The position numbers and the translations under genes are program-made. The notes beneath the pieces are model-generated. The model was not told the DNA's origin. It worked only from the letters and a program-made list of their open reading frames with translations, and searched no databases. This document shows positions 27,630 through 41,699 of a stretch of DNA of 64,000 nucleotides, in pieces. Origin of the DNA: Takakia lepidozioides (lineage: Eukaryota > Plantae > Bryophyta). Every line of letters begins with the position of its first letter. Within the stretch, counting starts at the first letter, position 1. The DNA is taken from contig CM060732.1 of assembly GCA_030704615.1 (NCBI GenBank), positions 29,574,001 to 29,638,000 on the forward strand, read 5' to 3'.

Positions 27630-28687
27630 AATCAGCAACCCAGTCACTCTACCAGATCTTTAAGTTTTCAAGAAATGACCATCCAGTTTTAGTTGTGCAG
27701 CCATCTCCAGAAAACGGTCTCGACTCTTCCGCAGCCATATTTCTTCCTGCTGCAAGGATCCACTATCCTCCAATGCGTTCACTCCCATGTTGTTCCTCGT
27801 ATTGCGAGATACAGGGAGCCACTCCATTGAAGCAAATAGTGAAACTCGTAATGCACAGGTTCGAGACAAGATGAGCAGGCAGATATTGAATAGTATCATA
27901 GCGACACTCCATATGCATGGTCTTTACAGCTTGCAGCCTTTGAACAGCAAGACTCAATACATTATAAAGAAGTGGACTCCACATAAAGAAGCTGGAAGTG
28001 AAAAGAATCACCCATGAACATAAGTGAACAGTTCAGACCACTTACCAACGACCCAGATAAAGGAACCCACCTTTACGCTTAACAACATGAAGTAATCAGA
28101 CGAGCCCCCTCAGTACGTGGTGCTCTCCATAAAAATGAGTTGATGAAACAGAAGACACCCAAATGTGAGTTCCAGAGAGAAATTCCCACCCGCCAGCACT
28201 GAGCTCGAACTCCATGAAATGACATACACAGAAAGAGGCGGCTGTGTACAAGCGAGTCTTCAGAGACCCGGCACGGTGGAGACAGTTATGAGAAGGTTTG
28301 TTGGCATTTGGTAGGCAGTGAAGGAGACCGATAGCGCAGTTCATCCATCCACATGCAGGCCTGCGTGGACGAGTGGATAGCTCCCGTCTTCAGATTCTGG
28401 CAATCGGAACCCTCGAATCCTCGAGTGATGCGCTTTTCCCTGTTTGCAGCGCCCGGGTAGGCATGACGTCTAACTGCAAGGAAGCTGCAGAACTGTCTTG
28501 CCTTTTGAAATAAGCTCTGGGACCGTGTAGAATCCACATTATGTCTGTGCAGCATCGAGGGGGACGACATATCCCAAATGAGCCCCAGTGATATCTGGGA
28601 AGCCAAACCTTGAAAATCCTAGTGTTGAGATGCTGGGGTGAAAAACCTAGGATATTTCAGGGAAGCCATCAGCGGGTACACGCCAGA

Positions 28688-31242
28688 ATGGCTATGGCGA
28701 TCACCACCCTATCTCTCTGCAATTCTTCAACGTTGCAGATGATTTCGAGCTCTCCCACACGGCTCTATGGCACCTCTTCATCTAGGCTCGCTCCCGCCCT
28801 GACTTGTTTGGTTTCCTCGGCTTCATTGTCCAGGACGCAAGTTCTGGAAAGGGAGGTGATTTCAAGTTTTGAGTTGGAGAGGGCAAGGAAGACCCCAGGG
28901 GTGGTCCGATGTGTGCAGGTGGAGAAAAGCTTGGTACGAGAAAGGAGCCAGGAGGAGAAAGATCGGGATCTGTCTGAGAACCTAGCACATGCACAGGACG
29001 TAGGAAAACAAGATGAAATTGATGATAGCGATGTAGTTGGGATTGAGGGGTCTGGGGCCGAGACAGATGGAGAAGAAGATTTTGGTGAAGTGAACAAAAT
29101 TCTGTCCAGCAGGGTGGTGGACCGAGAGACCCAGTACTTGATTGAATGGAAAGACGACCACCCTGACAGCTGGGAGCCGGCCTCCAACATTGCCAGGTGA
29201 GACACTTACTGAATGCTGGTATTCATCTCTGCATTTAAGTTGGAAGGAGATTGCATCTGGAGGTACTGAGAGCTTTGTAGACCCTAACACACTGTTGGTT
29301 GTTCTCTTATAGACGAAGGCCCATCTCACTTAACACATTGGGAAATGCATGGGCATGTCTATAGCGTTCAGGCCTTCTCGATATCACTTGGTTATGAGGG
29401 GAGGAAACATAACCGAAGGATGGATATTTTCTTTGCCCCCTTGTAACCCTCGTATTTGCAACTGAACTGTTATCAGCGGCAGAATCGGACTGTCCTGGCC
29501 TGCCTACGTACGCCATTCTTGTCCATTCATGAAGCCTGCACGAATCTGGCTTTCACTGACAGAGGCAAGTTCTAGACTTGCAGCTACTGTAGTGTGTCGC
29601 AGTTTTGCAATGGCACTGAAATTGGTACCCCAACCCATATCTTGCTACATTCCTCTCGGATTGCAGGTGGAACTCTCTGGAGAGATGTACTCAATGACTG
29701 CACTGACAAACTCTTGAGGGCATTCCGAAGGCTGGATTGTAAACCTTGGGGAGCCGCTTGCGGGGTTCCACCCGATCAGGCTACATGAGACTCATCCCCA
29801 AGTTTTGGGTTCCAACCCATGGGGATATAAAATACTGAACCAGAAGTTTCCACAAACTCACAGCCGATATCACAGGGAATTGAGTGTTTCATGTACGAGG
29901 TGGCGGAGACATGTCGCTGAAAAACAAAATGTCCTTATTGCACTGCTTCTGTATCTCCAAATGGTCCTTGATGTGAGTGCCAGTGTGCAGAGAGAAAGAG
30001 GGAGGGACAGAGGAATATAGAATCACAAGTGCTATTATACAAATGCTAGCAATTATCAAATCCAGTCTCACTGACTTGCTCCACACTTGTGTTTGACAGG
30101 GATGTCATTTCAGAGTATGAGCTGCCTTGGTGGCAAGCATCCCGCAAAGCAGACGACAAAAATATCAAAGAGCTTCTGGACTATGAGGGTCGTGATGTCA
30201 ATTCAATAGATGAGAACCAACGAACGGCCCTCCTGTTCGCAGCAGGAATGGGCTCTGAAAAGTGTGTCAGACTTTTGATTGAATCAGGGGCAGAGGTCCA
30301 CTGGCAAGATAAAGATGGGTTCACAGCATTACACATTGCGGCAGGTTATGTCCACACCAGTGTGGTTAGGACTTTACTGGAGTTTGGCGCTGATCCCGAA
30401 TTGGAAGATACCAAGGGCCGGTCGACTCTGCAGCTTGCCCAGGAGCTTCTAGAGAAGACGCCCAAATCAAACCCAATGCAGTTTGCGAGGAGGCTGGCAC
30501 TGGATCAGGTATGACTAACCGTCTTTGGTTTATTCTCACTGTGGTGCAAGTTGTAGCTAAGTAGCCACCGGATCCGATCCAGCAACAACTCCTGAATCTA
30601 CCCTTGCTCAGAAATATCAAACCTGGTCAGTTAGTACAGGCGAATCAAAGACAGAATGTCTGCAGCATGCTTGTGAATCTCAGGAGGGTGTCGTTAAGTC
30701 TGATCTTCAAGGAATTAACCTAAGATCATTGATAAATGTTGGATAGTTGTTAACAGCACATGCAGTTCTTCGAGTTGTTTTGTATCAGATGTGCATTTTT
30801 GTTATCATATCCTTCCTTGTACTTTAGAACGCGCTTTTGAGTAGCCAGACACTGCAGAAAGGGGAGGGGAGGAAGGGAGAGCATTTCGTCTCAATGAACA
30901 TGAATACAGGTGGTGAAGCTGCTGGACGAAGCTATTTATGAAAATGTAGAGGTGGAACAGATTCTTGAGAAGCGCAAGAATGAGAAGGGTGTTGTGGAAT
31001 ATCTGGTCAAATGGAGTGACGACTCGGAGGAAAGCTGGGAGCCAGCAGAAAACATAGGGGAAGATCTAGTGAAAGACTTTGAGGAAGGTTTGGAGTATGG
31101 AGTTGCTGAGAGAGTTTTGGACAAAAGGGAGGTTGATGGTAAGATTGAGTATCTGATTCAGTGGGCCGATGCAGAGATCCACACATGGGAACCAGCAGAC
31201 AACGTTGCGGCAGAAGTTATAGCTGATTTTGAGAACTCCTGA
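28688..31242 (+). CDS. CAO: Chloroplast signal recognition particle 43-kDa subunit (cpSRP43); exons 28688-29196, 30100-30508, 30910-31242
   Basis: Ser/Thr-rich transit peptide; chromodomain 1 ([10 protein letters not shown]...[15 protein letters not shown]); ankyrin repeats ([29 protein letters not shown]); two C-terminal chromodomains ([16 protein letters not shown]); in-frame GT-AG introns. Confidence 0.95.
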
Positions 31243-32602
31243 TATAACTACTGCCAGACAGCATGTGGAACGGAGGGCCATCTACTGGTGCTATCAGAAA
31301 CTTCGTCTCTTTTCCCTCCCTCCTGTCCGTCTCGTGTCCATCTATCTGACTGAGTTCTGAAGTGGACATGCATGTGTATACAAATCTTTTGATCACTCTC
31401 CTGCTTCTATCCCACTCCCAAAAAGAAATGGGAGGGAGGGTAGACAGTCAAAATCAGGTCAGAGAACATCCAAAATCAGGTCCAGAGGACTGGTTATGTC
31501 CACCATCTTGGCTCTCTTTCCTGGTCTTTTGACATGGCCCTGTTGCTTCACAGGACTGCCAGACTGTCACATGTAAGTTTCCTTCCACCCTCTATATTTG
31601 TTCAACCTTGGCAAGCCAAAACACCATCTACGAAAGTAACCATGACAACCACCCTGTGCCTGCTGTCACATGGCAGTGAAAACTGATTGTCTACTTTAAA
31701 GGGTAGCCTAAGTGGCAAAAAATTATTGAACTTTGTCTTACTTAGCAAATGGAACCAGGTCAGTATGGCCCTGGCATCACCTCATTGAGATGCGTCAGAT
31801 CACTCAAATTCTAGAGTAGTTATGACATTAGGAATTGAGGACCACGGGAAGCCCAGCACTTCAGCTTGACCACTTACTCTCATGCATTTCAGATGTTCCC
31901 ACTGTGTAAGCATGGAAAATGAAACGGCTGCAACAGGAAGTGCAATAGTTCACTTACTGTTAGCAATGTAGCCTGCTTGACTGGCATTGTACATACTTCC
32001 CCCATTTCAGCACGCCAATTCACCCAAAGAGTCGAACCCCAGTTGTTTGGTTACCTTCCCAACCTTCATCCCTATGGTAAGATACTTGGCCAAGTATGGT
32101 ACTCTGACCACTGCTAGCCTTGACATGTAAAAGTGAGGGAGACTGCAAGATGTCATCATCGCAAAGCCAATCCTGAAATCGGTAACGTTTAAGCATGAGG
32201 GAAAAGGGAATACTCAATATAGTAGACAGCTGCACATCACTACCGATGTAGGATGCCAAGCATCTCTGGCTATGAACATGAAATGCCTCAGGCAGTCATT
32301 AACACTCTCAAGAGATGATCTGCCTCTAATCTAACCCCAAACAGCTCAGTAGAAAGTCTACACGTCTTGCAGAGTATGTCATAGTTCATCCGACTGCCTG
32401 TCTCAATGTTGGGATGGTGCAAACTGACCCCAGAAAGAGGGAAGAAAAGGAAATGAACAAGTCCACAGGAGATAGAACAAAGAAATGATTTCTTTAACAT
32501 CACCTGGCTTAGAGTGGCCTCTACTTTTAAAGCTGAGAGGAAGAAGTATATAGAAGTTTCATGTTCTCTCCGAAAGATTGTTTCCAAAAATATTTTATAG
32601 CA

Positions 32603-33470
32603 TTTTTTTTATTTTTTGGAATGGGAACAGAGGCCCATTTGATCAAATTAATAAGGAAAAGTACACAGAAGTGGAAAAAATAACCACTAGGGAGGCCGTG
32701 AAGGCTAACAGAGGGGAAACCACCCCGGAACCTTAGCGAACAAGCTACTGAGCAAGTAAGGGAGCAGGGGGGTGCAAGAAGAGTAACAGTGGGAGAGAGT
32801 GAAGAAGAAATGGCGAAGGGAGACTATTAAGCATCTGGACTGCCTAGGAAAACAGCAGAAGGCCTGCAGGCGGAGTGAAGAGAACTGATAACGGAATAGA
32901 ACTAGAGAGATAAGAGTTAAGCGAAGGAGCGCAAATGGAGAGGTGAGCTGGAGGAGAGGCTGGAGCTGAAGCCGACACAGGCCCTCGGGGGAGTAAGCAA
33001 GTCTTAAAGACGCCACGGCCAGAAGGTGCATGGTGTTTGCTGCCGGATTGATTTATCGATGACGCACTGTGTCCCGTAGAGATCGTGGAATAGAGGATAG
33101 GAATCAGAATTTGAGCTGAGTCCTTGATTTGTTGTCTCTTGGCTTCTTGTGGCGCCAGTTGAATTCGGTGTCATCCCCCTCACCAGGGGACCTCCCATTG
33201 TGAGGGGATGTCGACATTCCAGGTAAATTTTGTGTCTGTAACACTGGTGCCGGGCAAGTTGTTTTGGCCCCAGGTGTGCTTGAAAGCTTGAAGCAGCGGC
33301 CTCCCCAGCTGTTCTGTAGTTCTGGGAAGAGCTGCACACACAATTTCAAAAGCCTTCCTTCCCTCAGTTAGCAGGTCTTGGTATGTACAAAACAGTACAG
33401 ATCTGCCACTGAGGGCTTTCCCCTCATACACCCAAGCACAACGCATTTTCCACAAATTCCATAGTGTCTT
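32603..33470 (-). mobile_element. 5'-truncated L1-like LINE 3' end
   Basis: WKMRCAWVYEG...DLLTEGRKAF...FKHTWGQN resembles an ORF2 C-terminus. A poly(T) run at 32603-32617 is the poly(A) tail on the minus strand. Confidence 0.7.
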
Positions 33471-35061
33471 GTGTCTCTCTGGTTAATACTGTACCTTCAA
33501 TCCTACGCAACATGTGCACTAAAGTGTTCATACCATTTCGTATATGTGTGGCCTTGTGGGGCTCAATGTCTTTGGGTTCCCAATCATTAAGATGGTGCAT
33601 GGTGAAGTGATCAATGGCATGTACCAGCTCTCACGACACAAATTCTGTTCAGTCTGAGCTTTGGCAGACCACATAAGTAGCTACGCGGAAGTCTTGTGGC
33701 ACCTTAGTTGGTTGCGTGCAAGAAATTTGCTCACCAGGTAAAGCAGGAGATCCCTGCTGTGCTAGTGGGTAGCCTGATCTAGATGCAATACAGTCAGAGT
33801 GGTACCTATACCCTTTAAAACTTCTGGGACATGAAATTGTCTGTGTGCCCCTCTGTGGACCCGGAGCTGTCCCTCTGAAGAGATCGGATCTACTACAATC
33901 ACGTTACTCAGGAGGCTGCAAGCTATTCGGACTCCTTTCAGACATTCATTAAGCTTTTCACATGGTTGGCTACCTTAGCAGAAAAGTCAAATAACTTGAA
34001 TGCTTTCATTCGTTTCCTCAAGTTTACTCTATTGAAATTGAAGGGTAATGGTAGTCCTGTAATCCAGGAGTTGTAGCAGCGCACACTTTTAGATCTACCA
34101 AAATCTGTGATTGGGAGATCTTGGGAGGTAGGTCAACATTTATAAAATGGCTGTGTAAGGTCAGCAAAACCCATGGTGGCGAAGATTTTAAGCAAGAGCA
34201 GCTGCAACCCTGTCTGCCACTGTGCATGCAGGACACTGAAAACCTAGAGGAAGGGGGATGCAAGAGATCAAAATGCTGCTGAAACAGAACCAAGGCCCAA
34301 GGAGTCACAGAATTCACATTCCAATAGTTGGCTTGGTCTCTGGCAGGACAGAAACCACAATTAGACTAATTCCAATCATAAGGGTATGTGGGCAGCTGCT
34401 CGAGCTGTGAAAAGGTACTCATAATCTCTGAACGTCTCCATCTGCGAATCGCGATCGCCCTGTGAAACCCCTCCTAGATAAAAGATACAGCAAGCCCATG
34501 AAGGGAAGGTGCAGCAGCCTCAGTACAATTTGGGCATTACTGAAAGATGGGTTTTCTTTTTGGAGGGCTCCCAGCAGAGATTCGAGTGTGTAGCCAAGTA
34601 TCGCATATAACTTAAGTTTAAAGCTCGAGGTTGAAGGTCGCCTTCCGCCATGTACGAAAGCAGGTCACTAGACACTAGTTCACCGACAGACATACATCCA
34701 CATATCTCGTCTTCCAGCAAGTCATATATACACTTTCTCTCGAGAAATATCTTTACCATAGCATGACGTCGATGCAAGGATTTGCCCCAAACTTTAGACC
34801 CAACGAACCACAGCTAAGAAAGTTCTAGGATTGCGCAGAGGACGTGCAGAGAGAGCATGATCTTGTTTGGTCTTTCACTGAAGATTTAAAGGGGCTTAAA
34901 GTACAGAAAAGGCAGCTCAAACATTCAAGTTGAAAACTTACATGATGAGGCCAAGAGGGCGTAGGGAGTCAGAAAATGGAAACTTTGAAAAAATATCGAG
35001 CAGGGCAACAGCTGTTACACCCAATTGTACAGCTCTTGTCTATGGCTAGTTTTACATCTCG

Positions 35062-35701
35062 TCACCGTCTCTTAACAGGGTCAAAGGTGGACACCCCAGC
35101 AACAGCTACACCGATAGCGGCAAGCACTGTCCCGCCAGCAACCACGCTCAAAAGCAAGTTCTTCAAAGATGGAGATATGCCTGGTTGAGCAGCATCGGCT
35201 ATTTCTGGGATCACGGCAGCAGCTAGCAAAGCCAGACCTGTGAGGCTAGCCATGTTGTGCTCCTTCTGAGGAGCAGCACTGCACATTCAAAAAAGGTAAT
35301 CAACCAAGGGTCAGTTATAGAGCTTCATTTGCAACCGGTGCATACAGGTCAGGCCTCCCAGATTCACTCAACCCTTTTATCTTACTCCGTTTCTCCTTCA
35401 CCGTCCTCAAAGATTAGCTACACAAGTTCTCTCCCCAATGCACATGCACGAAGAGGATTAGAGAAATGACGGATCCTTGCCGCAACCAGCGACACACCAC
35501 GACAGACAAAAAATCCAAAACAGGGGAAATGGCGGCATACCTCATGGTGACTCTGCTCCTGTTGGCCACAAACTTGGAGGACAAGCTCTTGCAGGGGCCA
35601 GCCATGGCTAGGACATAGCGAGACGCCACCTTGGAATCACACAGCTGCGCCACGGGCGCCACAGCGGCCATAGTAACGCTGACAGTTGATGCGCACGCCA
35701 T
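35062..35701 (-). CDS. psbX: Photosystem II subunit X precursor (nuclear PsbX); exons 35701-35541 and 35278-35062
   Basis: Bipartite transit peptide ending ADA, then [40 protein letters not shown]. The GT-AG intron preserves the frame. Confidence 0.93.
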
Positions 35702-36193
35702 CGCTGCTTCCCGACCTGGGTGCTGAGCTTACTTGAATATCTCACAAGGTTTGCGGAATCCTGAAAGCTGCTCGCGGACCAGAGCGGAGCAGCGCGAGCA
35801 GTGCGTGTGTGTGTGTGTGTGGCGGGGGGTGGTGCGCGTTGCACCAGGCCGCGGGAGAGATAGGCTGCCAGCGGGCAGCCCTCTCGGGCAGAAAACAAAC
35901 CCCCATCACGATAAGCGGGCAGCCAATGAGGGCCCGGCCTGCGCTGCCGGGCCAATCGTCGACCCCCCACCCTTACCCATCCCGCGTTCCCACGTTCCCA
36001 CATTGCTCTCATGTACCTCGGAACATGAAATTGAAACATTACATGGGAACTCATGTTCTCCTGATGGTTTTTTTTTGGGTTTTTTTAGGAAAACAAAATC
36101 CGTATGGTTTTCTGAATTCTCAATCTCAATCGTGAGAAAAGTACTTTCTCACAATTGTTTGAAGAAACCAAATGATTCATGGTTGTTGTTGGA

Positions 36194-36673
36194 TGTCGTG
36201 CACCTAAGCATCGTGCCACAACATACATCGTTGTCCACCATACAATCTAAGCACACAATCCTAGAAAATTATACCACAATCTATACATCTATATACATCT
36301 TCTTGTAATGAAAATGGAAGAGAACATAATGGAAACCCTCCACTCATGAATCCACTCAATCACGTAAACTAAGTCAAGCCAAGGGCACCCTTGCTAAGGG
36401 AATCCACCCTACAAAGCCCTCACCACACTCCCTCTCAATACCTAGAGCTATGGAGGTGAGAAAGGCTCATGGAGGCTCAACTACAAGAAGATGAGCCTCC
36501 TCCATCCTCACAAGGGGAAAACCTATCCCCATGTCCCAAGTGAGGCTCGACACCTCACTTGGCATGTGAGACCAAATGAAGTCCCAACACACAAAATATA
36601 AATATAAATATCTAAAATATCCTAGTTAACTAGAAGTAGGTAATTCTAGATAACCATGACTAAAACCATGACA
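36194..36673 (-). mobile_element. Solo terminal-repeat unit (A+29 bp+B, 480 bp) of the DNMT-bearing gypsy family
   Basis: Reverse complement matches 42103-42480 and 56460-56910. Termini TGTCATG...CACGACA; 4-bp TSD TGGA at 36190-36193 and 36674-36677. Confidence 0.93.
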
Positions 36674-36989
36674 TGGATTTTAATGATGCGACTAATAGTC
36701 CCTGTTCAAATTCCTATGCACTTTTAGAACAATAATTGTTGCATTTGTGCACATATGCCAAGCTCTTGATGTAATCTAGATTTCGACAGTTGTTGTCTTG
36801 CCAATATGATGCACAATTAGTGGAATTTTTGGTATTTATCTAGGATAACGTCCTTTGTAAATTTGAGTACCCTAAACTTGCTGATCACCCAGGGCTATTT
36901 CTTCCGTTGCAGTTCTGGCACATCCATAAGCCATGATTCTCTGACATACTAGAACGAAGACTTAGTTAGAATAGGTCTAATATTTGAGG

Positions 36990-37530
36990 CCCCTCTTTTA
37001 ACGCTACAACACTGTCATTTTTGCATGATGAAGCTAAGGATTCGTTAATGTCAACTTTTTTGAAGCGAAGGAAGTATGAGCCTCGAAAGATGGATAATTT
37101 GAAAGATTTGGTTGGTTTAATAGTTGATACATAAATTTTGAGTGTTCGAGTTCGAGTTGGCTTTCAGCAACTTCAGCCCTCTTTTAACGCTACACGACTG
37201 CCATTTTTCCGTAGTTAAGCTGAGGATTCGTTAATGTCAACTTTTTTGTTGCAACACTTGCCAAACCATCCTATCTTGAAAGCCTGCCGAGAATGAAAAT
37301 TGCATGCACAAATAGCAATGCAATGTGTTCAATGCTTGTGTTTCATATATTCATCTGGAGATATGCTCTACAGATGCATGCACCAAAGGTTACATATGAA
37401 AGTGTACAGGAACAAGCCGCAAAGGAAGTATGAGCATCGAGAGATGGATAGCTTGGAAGATTTGGTTGGTTTAATACCAGATGCAGAAATTTTGAGTGCT
37501 CAAGTTGGAGTTGGCTTTCAGCAACTTCAG
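36990..37530 (+). repeat. Tandemly duplicated roughly 110-200-bp fragment with a third, inverted copy at about 41505-41690
   Basis: GGAAGTATGAG...GATTTGGTTGGTTTAATA...GAGTTGGCTTTCAGCAACTTCAG at about 37070 and 37420, and reverse complemented at about 41510-41625. Confidence 0.8.
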
Positions 37531-40500
37531 TTGGGCATAGATAACACACAAAATTGCAGTCTTCCAAGAAGCCAGCTGGCTTCCGATATGAGGAAGGGTT
37601 GAATGGATGGGGAAAGAAGAATTGCAGTCCCTTCTTTTGTGCCAGAGGAGGTAGGTTTCCATAACGAATTAGTTAGTGACCACAGATAATCAGTGAGGCT
37701 ATCGATTTTACTTTGGTCTAATTTATGTTCGGACCTGCAGAAATATGATAGAGTGATTTGAAAGAAAGGGTGCCAACCAAGTTTTGATTTTCAATCTTTT
37801 TAGAGAAGCCGGGTCAGTTCCCAGCCCTCGGATGTTTCACGAGTGGAGGTTAAAGATCATCGAGAGGCAGAGGTAGGCTCAAACTGTCAGTCTCATTTGA
37901 TGGCCCTAGTTATCTGGTAAAAGAATGTAACCCTTCGGTCTTTAGGTCTTAGGGAGTTGATCCAGACAAAGTTGTCTAGGGGTTTTCGGCTCTTGTTTTG
38001 GATGAAAATGAAAATTCCCCTTGGTTTGCTCAGATTAGGTTCCCTGGGAATGATAGGAGCTAGCTTGTGGAGACTGTGGAAATGTTTATAGAAAGAATCA
38101 AGACTCCGGTAGGAAAGAATTCAACTGAGAACAGTTTTTGGAAACCAGGGTATCTTTCAGTGAGTGATCCATCGGAGGGCATCATCCCTGAGGGAATGTT
38201 ATCTGGTAGCTAAAAAACTGCCAGCATGTGTTTTGCCTACTTACCGAAGGATTGTTTCCCTCCATGACATAGAACCCAACATCTGTTAGAGTTGCCCGAT
38301 AAGACGTGATAGATGAAACATGGGGAGAGAGAGGAGGGCACCTTGATTGAAGAGTGCAAAGATGAGGGTGATAGAGCCTTAGGTGGAGAAGTCACATGTG
38401 AGTTGGCCTGCGAGTTGGCCTGAGTTGTGTCGAAGACAGGTGGAGGCGATATGTGCAGAGCTTCTACCCTCGAGCCAAAGATGTTAATATTGCCCTCATG
38501 AGAGGATGTCTCCACCTCGACTCCGAAGAAGAGAACAAGAGTTCTGCCTGCCTGGTACCGTTAATGTACGTGTTCTCTGGTTCTCTGCACCTCCATTCTG
38601 TAGTTGTCACCATCCACCTCAGAATCCAAGTGAGCTCCCAGTAATTGAAACCCATTCATCAGGGAATCCTGGTTACGAATTTGTAATTTGTGACTTCCTC
38701 TTGGAGCCGATAGCCACTCTTCATAAGTCCAGATGGCCTCTATTGGTAGAGGGGATGCGTAGATCTCTGCATCCTCCATAAGTGCTAGGATGTGGGTTGA
38801 GGGCTTGACACTTAGACCAAGGTGATCTTCCACGTAAGCTGCCCACGAGATTTTTGTGAGAGGAGATAGTGAATAGTGTTTCTGTTGTTTATGAAAGATG
38901 AACAAGATCTCCGGGTTGTTGTTGGGAGGGTTAGATTGCAGAAAGTGCTTGATGTCTGCCGAAGTTATCCATAAAGATTCGATGCATTCAAAGTCATCTG
39001 ATGTAATGAGAATGGTCGGGGGTTTATTCTTTCGAAAGATGAGGGGGGTCACACAGGCAGCCTTTGGGATGTCCGTAATTTCCAAGGCAGAACAGCCTAC
39101 AAGATTCAGATGCGGAAATGAGCAAGTCTGGAGACAGGTATTGGCGAAGCTGTTGTTGCATGCAATCCCAGTGGTGATTTTGGGAAGTGAGTTACTGGTA
39201 GGAAGCTGTGTCAACCTAACCAGCCTTTGTGGTGAGGTATCCCTCTGTTTTCCTTTTCCTTTTGAAGTATTAGCTTCCTGCAACTGCTAATCCTTCTGTT
39301 TTTCCTTTCCCTTGGAGATAGTAGTCTCCCGTTGCGGGTGAGCCGGTAGCTCTTCCTGCATAGGGTCTGTAAATGTCCCTTCCCTGCCAACTTTATGTAG
39401 AGCAACCTGACCTGCAGTGGGTCATGTGGTGCATTGTGCATGGATTGATTCCTCCGAGGAGCTGAGGATGGCCCTGGGTATACAGTGGGAGACTGCAAAT
39501 CCTACATCTGGTATGAGGCTGCTGCTGGAGTCCCTTATTGATCCTGTGACTGAAGGTTATTGGGAATGGATGGCTGAGAGCGTTTGCGCTTTGCTATCAT
39601 GCAGTCCAATTTGATATGCCCAACTGGCCACAATTGAAACAAGCTGCGTAGGTAGTGTCCTCTATGAGTTGGATTGTAAAGTAGTTGCCCTCCTCATCTA
39701 TTGGCAACTTGACAAATTGCGGGAGAACGTCTTCCTTCATCAAGACAAATTTCGCACATCCTGTTTCGTGAAGGCGAGAAGCGATAGTCACTGATTTCCA
39801 AGCCGGGTCTTGCCTTAGGTTGTGAGTACACATTTGAGGGTCAAACACTGCCAGACACCCAAGGTATGAGCCGAAATGGTTCGCAATATCTGCCAAGTTA
39901 ACTAAGTACTGGTCTGGAATGAAAGGTACTGAGACAATGCGAGGGCCCCAAAGTTTGCCATTCCTGTTGCCCATTCTGGGAGACCATGGAAAAATATTGA
40001 CATTGAAGCCCTTTGTATGAGGATTGAAGAGCAACGCCTTGTTAGCTGCCTCCTGTGTTTCAAAGATTATTGAGAAAAATCCTCGTCCTTTTTGCATGGC
40101 AAAACTGTTGCCTCAGTTCTCCATGGCCTCCAAGGTGCCTGATGGCCCAGTCCCTGACAATTGCTCTGTCCACTTTTTTCCCAGGGAAGTGAATGAGAAT
40201 ACCAGATTCTTCCAATGTAGCTATTTTTTTTTTCTGCAGTTCAGGGATATTCATGTTGATCATGGGGTAGTCTTTGTCTTTGTCTTTGATGGGATTGGTC
40301 TTCTATAGTTATTCCGCGTTCTGCGATTGAAACCTCGAGATTCCATGATATCGCTGTTCCTCTGCTGATTGGTGCCGTGAGCCATGAAGGCGAGAGAGAA
40401 AATAAAACCTGGTGATACTCCAAGACTCTCGCTTGAGTTATTGAGCTGGTGGTCAGGGAGCGAAAGTAGGAAAAAAGAGAAAGATAGAGGGGGAGAGAAG

Positions 40501-40820
40501 GGGCGGGAAACGTAACAGAGGAAATCGACTTCCTTAATGGCTAAAGACGGTAGAGGCTGATAAGTTAGGGATGAAGCAAAAGTCTGATAAGGAGATGAAA
40601 GGAAGCTCGCTGTTAGGATGAACAGTCAGAAGAGAGAACTTTGGAAAAACACATATAAAGAAACTTAATGTGCATATCAATCGAAAGCAAAGCTTGGGGG
40701 TATTAGTTCGCAGCAAAGCTTGAGGGTAGCCAGAGGGGAGAAGGAAGAGAAAGAAGCAATGGAGGTGGCCAGATGACCATTGGCGGTCGTCTCACAGCTC
40801 CGCCATCGCTCCGCTCGACC
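37531..40820 (-). mobile_element. L1-like LINE 5' half (ORF1 and start of the ORF2 endonuclease), degenerate
   Basis: ORF1-type RGFFSIIFETQE...IFPWSP (DUF4283-like) and zinc knuckle ACFNCGQLG at 39597-40097. GTAILL and IYA endonuclease-like motifs at about 37535-37640. Confidence 0.75.
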
Positions 40821-41699
40821 ATCCTCCATCCTATTAAATGTAGTATCAATTAATTTGGTACCATCAATTATTGAAATATATCAAAATATATCAAACAACC
40901 ACCAAGTTACATGCTCACTAGATAATATCAACAACCTTGTAGATTAAAATTATCCATGTGCATTTGCACTTCTGCTAACTATGCACAGCTGCCCGAATCA
41001 ATTAGTACCATGTATACATACTCTTGAGGTCTAATTGAAATACTCGGAAGAAAGAGCATTGCAAAGAATGCCTTATTCCTTCTAATTCTATACTGTATCT
41101 AAACTGATGCAACAAAAGCAATCTGGCTGCCGAAAGCTCGAAGAGAGGATGATTTGACAGTAGGCAAGGGGTCGAAAGGAGATCCAGATGTCCAGAATGT
41201 AAAACTGGAGGTGACTCATCTCAGACTGGAGAGTGCTGACATGAGAAATGACCTGACGATTATAAAAAAAGACGTGGAAGACCTCAGGAGTATGAAAAAG
41301 GACGTGGAAGAAATCAAGAAGATCCTCAATAAAAGTAACTAGCCGTGGAAGTAACTATGGGAACCATCACCTGCATTACAGAGAGGAGAACTTGGAGAAG
41401 TTGCATGTGGTGGTCATGGAACAACGACCAAAAAGGTACATGCTTTCTTGCAAAGGCACATCCACATCTGGTACATCAGATAACGTAAGTATGTGTAGCA
41501 GCTGCTAAAGCTGTTGAAAGCCAACTCCAACTCGAGCACTCAAGAGTCAAAATTTCTGCATCAGGTATTAAACCAACCAAGACTACGAAGTTATCCATCT
41601 CTCGAGGCTCATATTTCCTTCGCTTCAATTAAGTTGACATTAGCGAATCGTCAGCTTCACCACGCAAAAATGGCAGTGCTGTAGCGTTACATTTGATGG

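Noticed and set aside
28688-31242. Chromodomains as chromovirus integrase remnants
   Set aside because: Transit peptide, ankyrin repeats and spliced structure identify host cpSRP43.
35900-36000. Light-responsive promoter motifs (GATAAG, CCAAT, ACGT) upstream of psbX
   Set aside because: Plausible, but the motifs are too short to support without conservation or TSS data.
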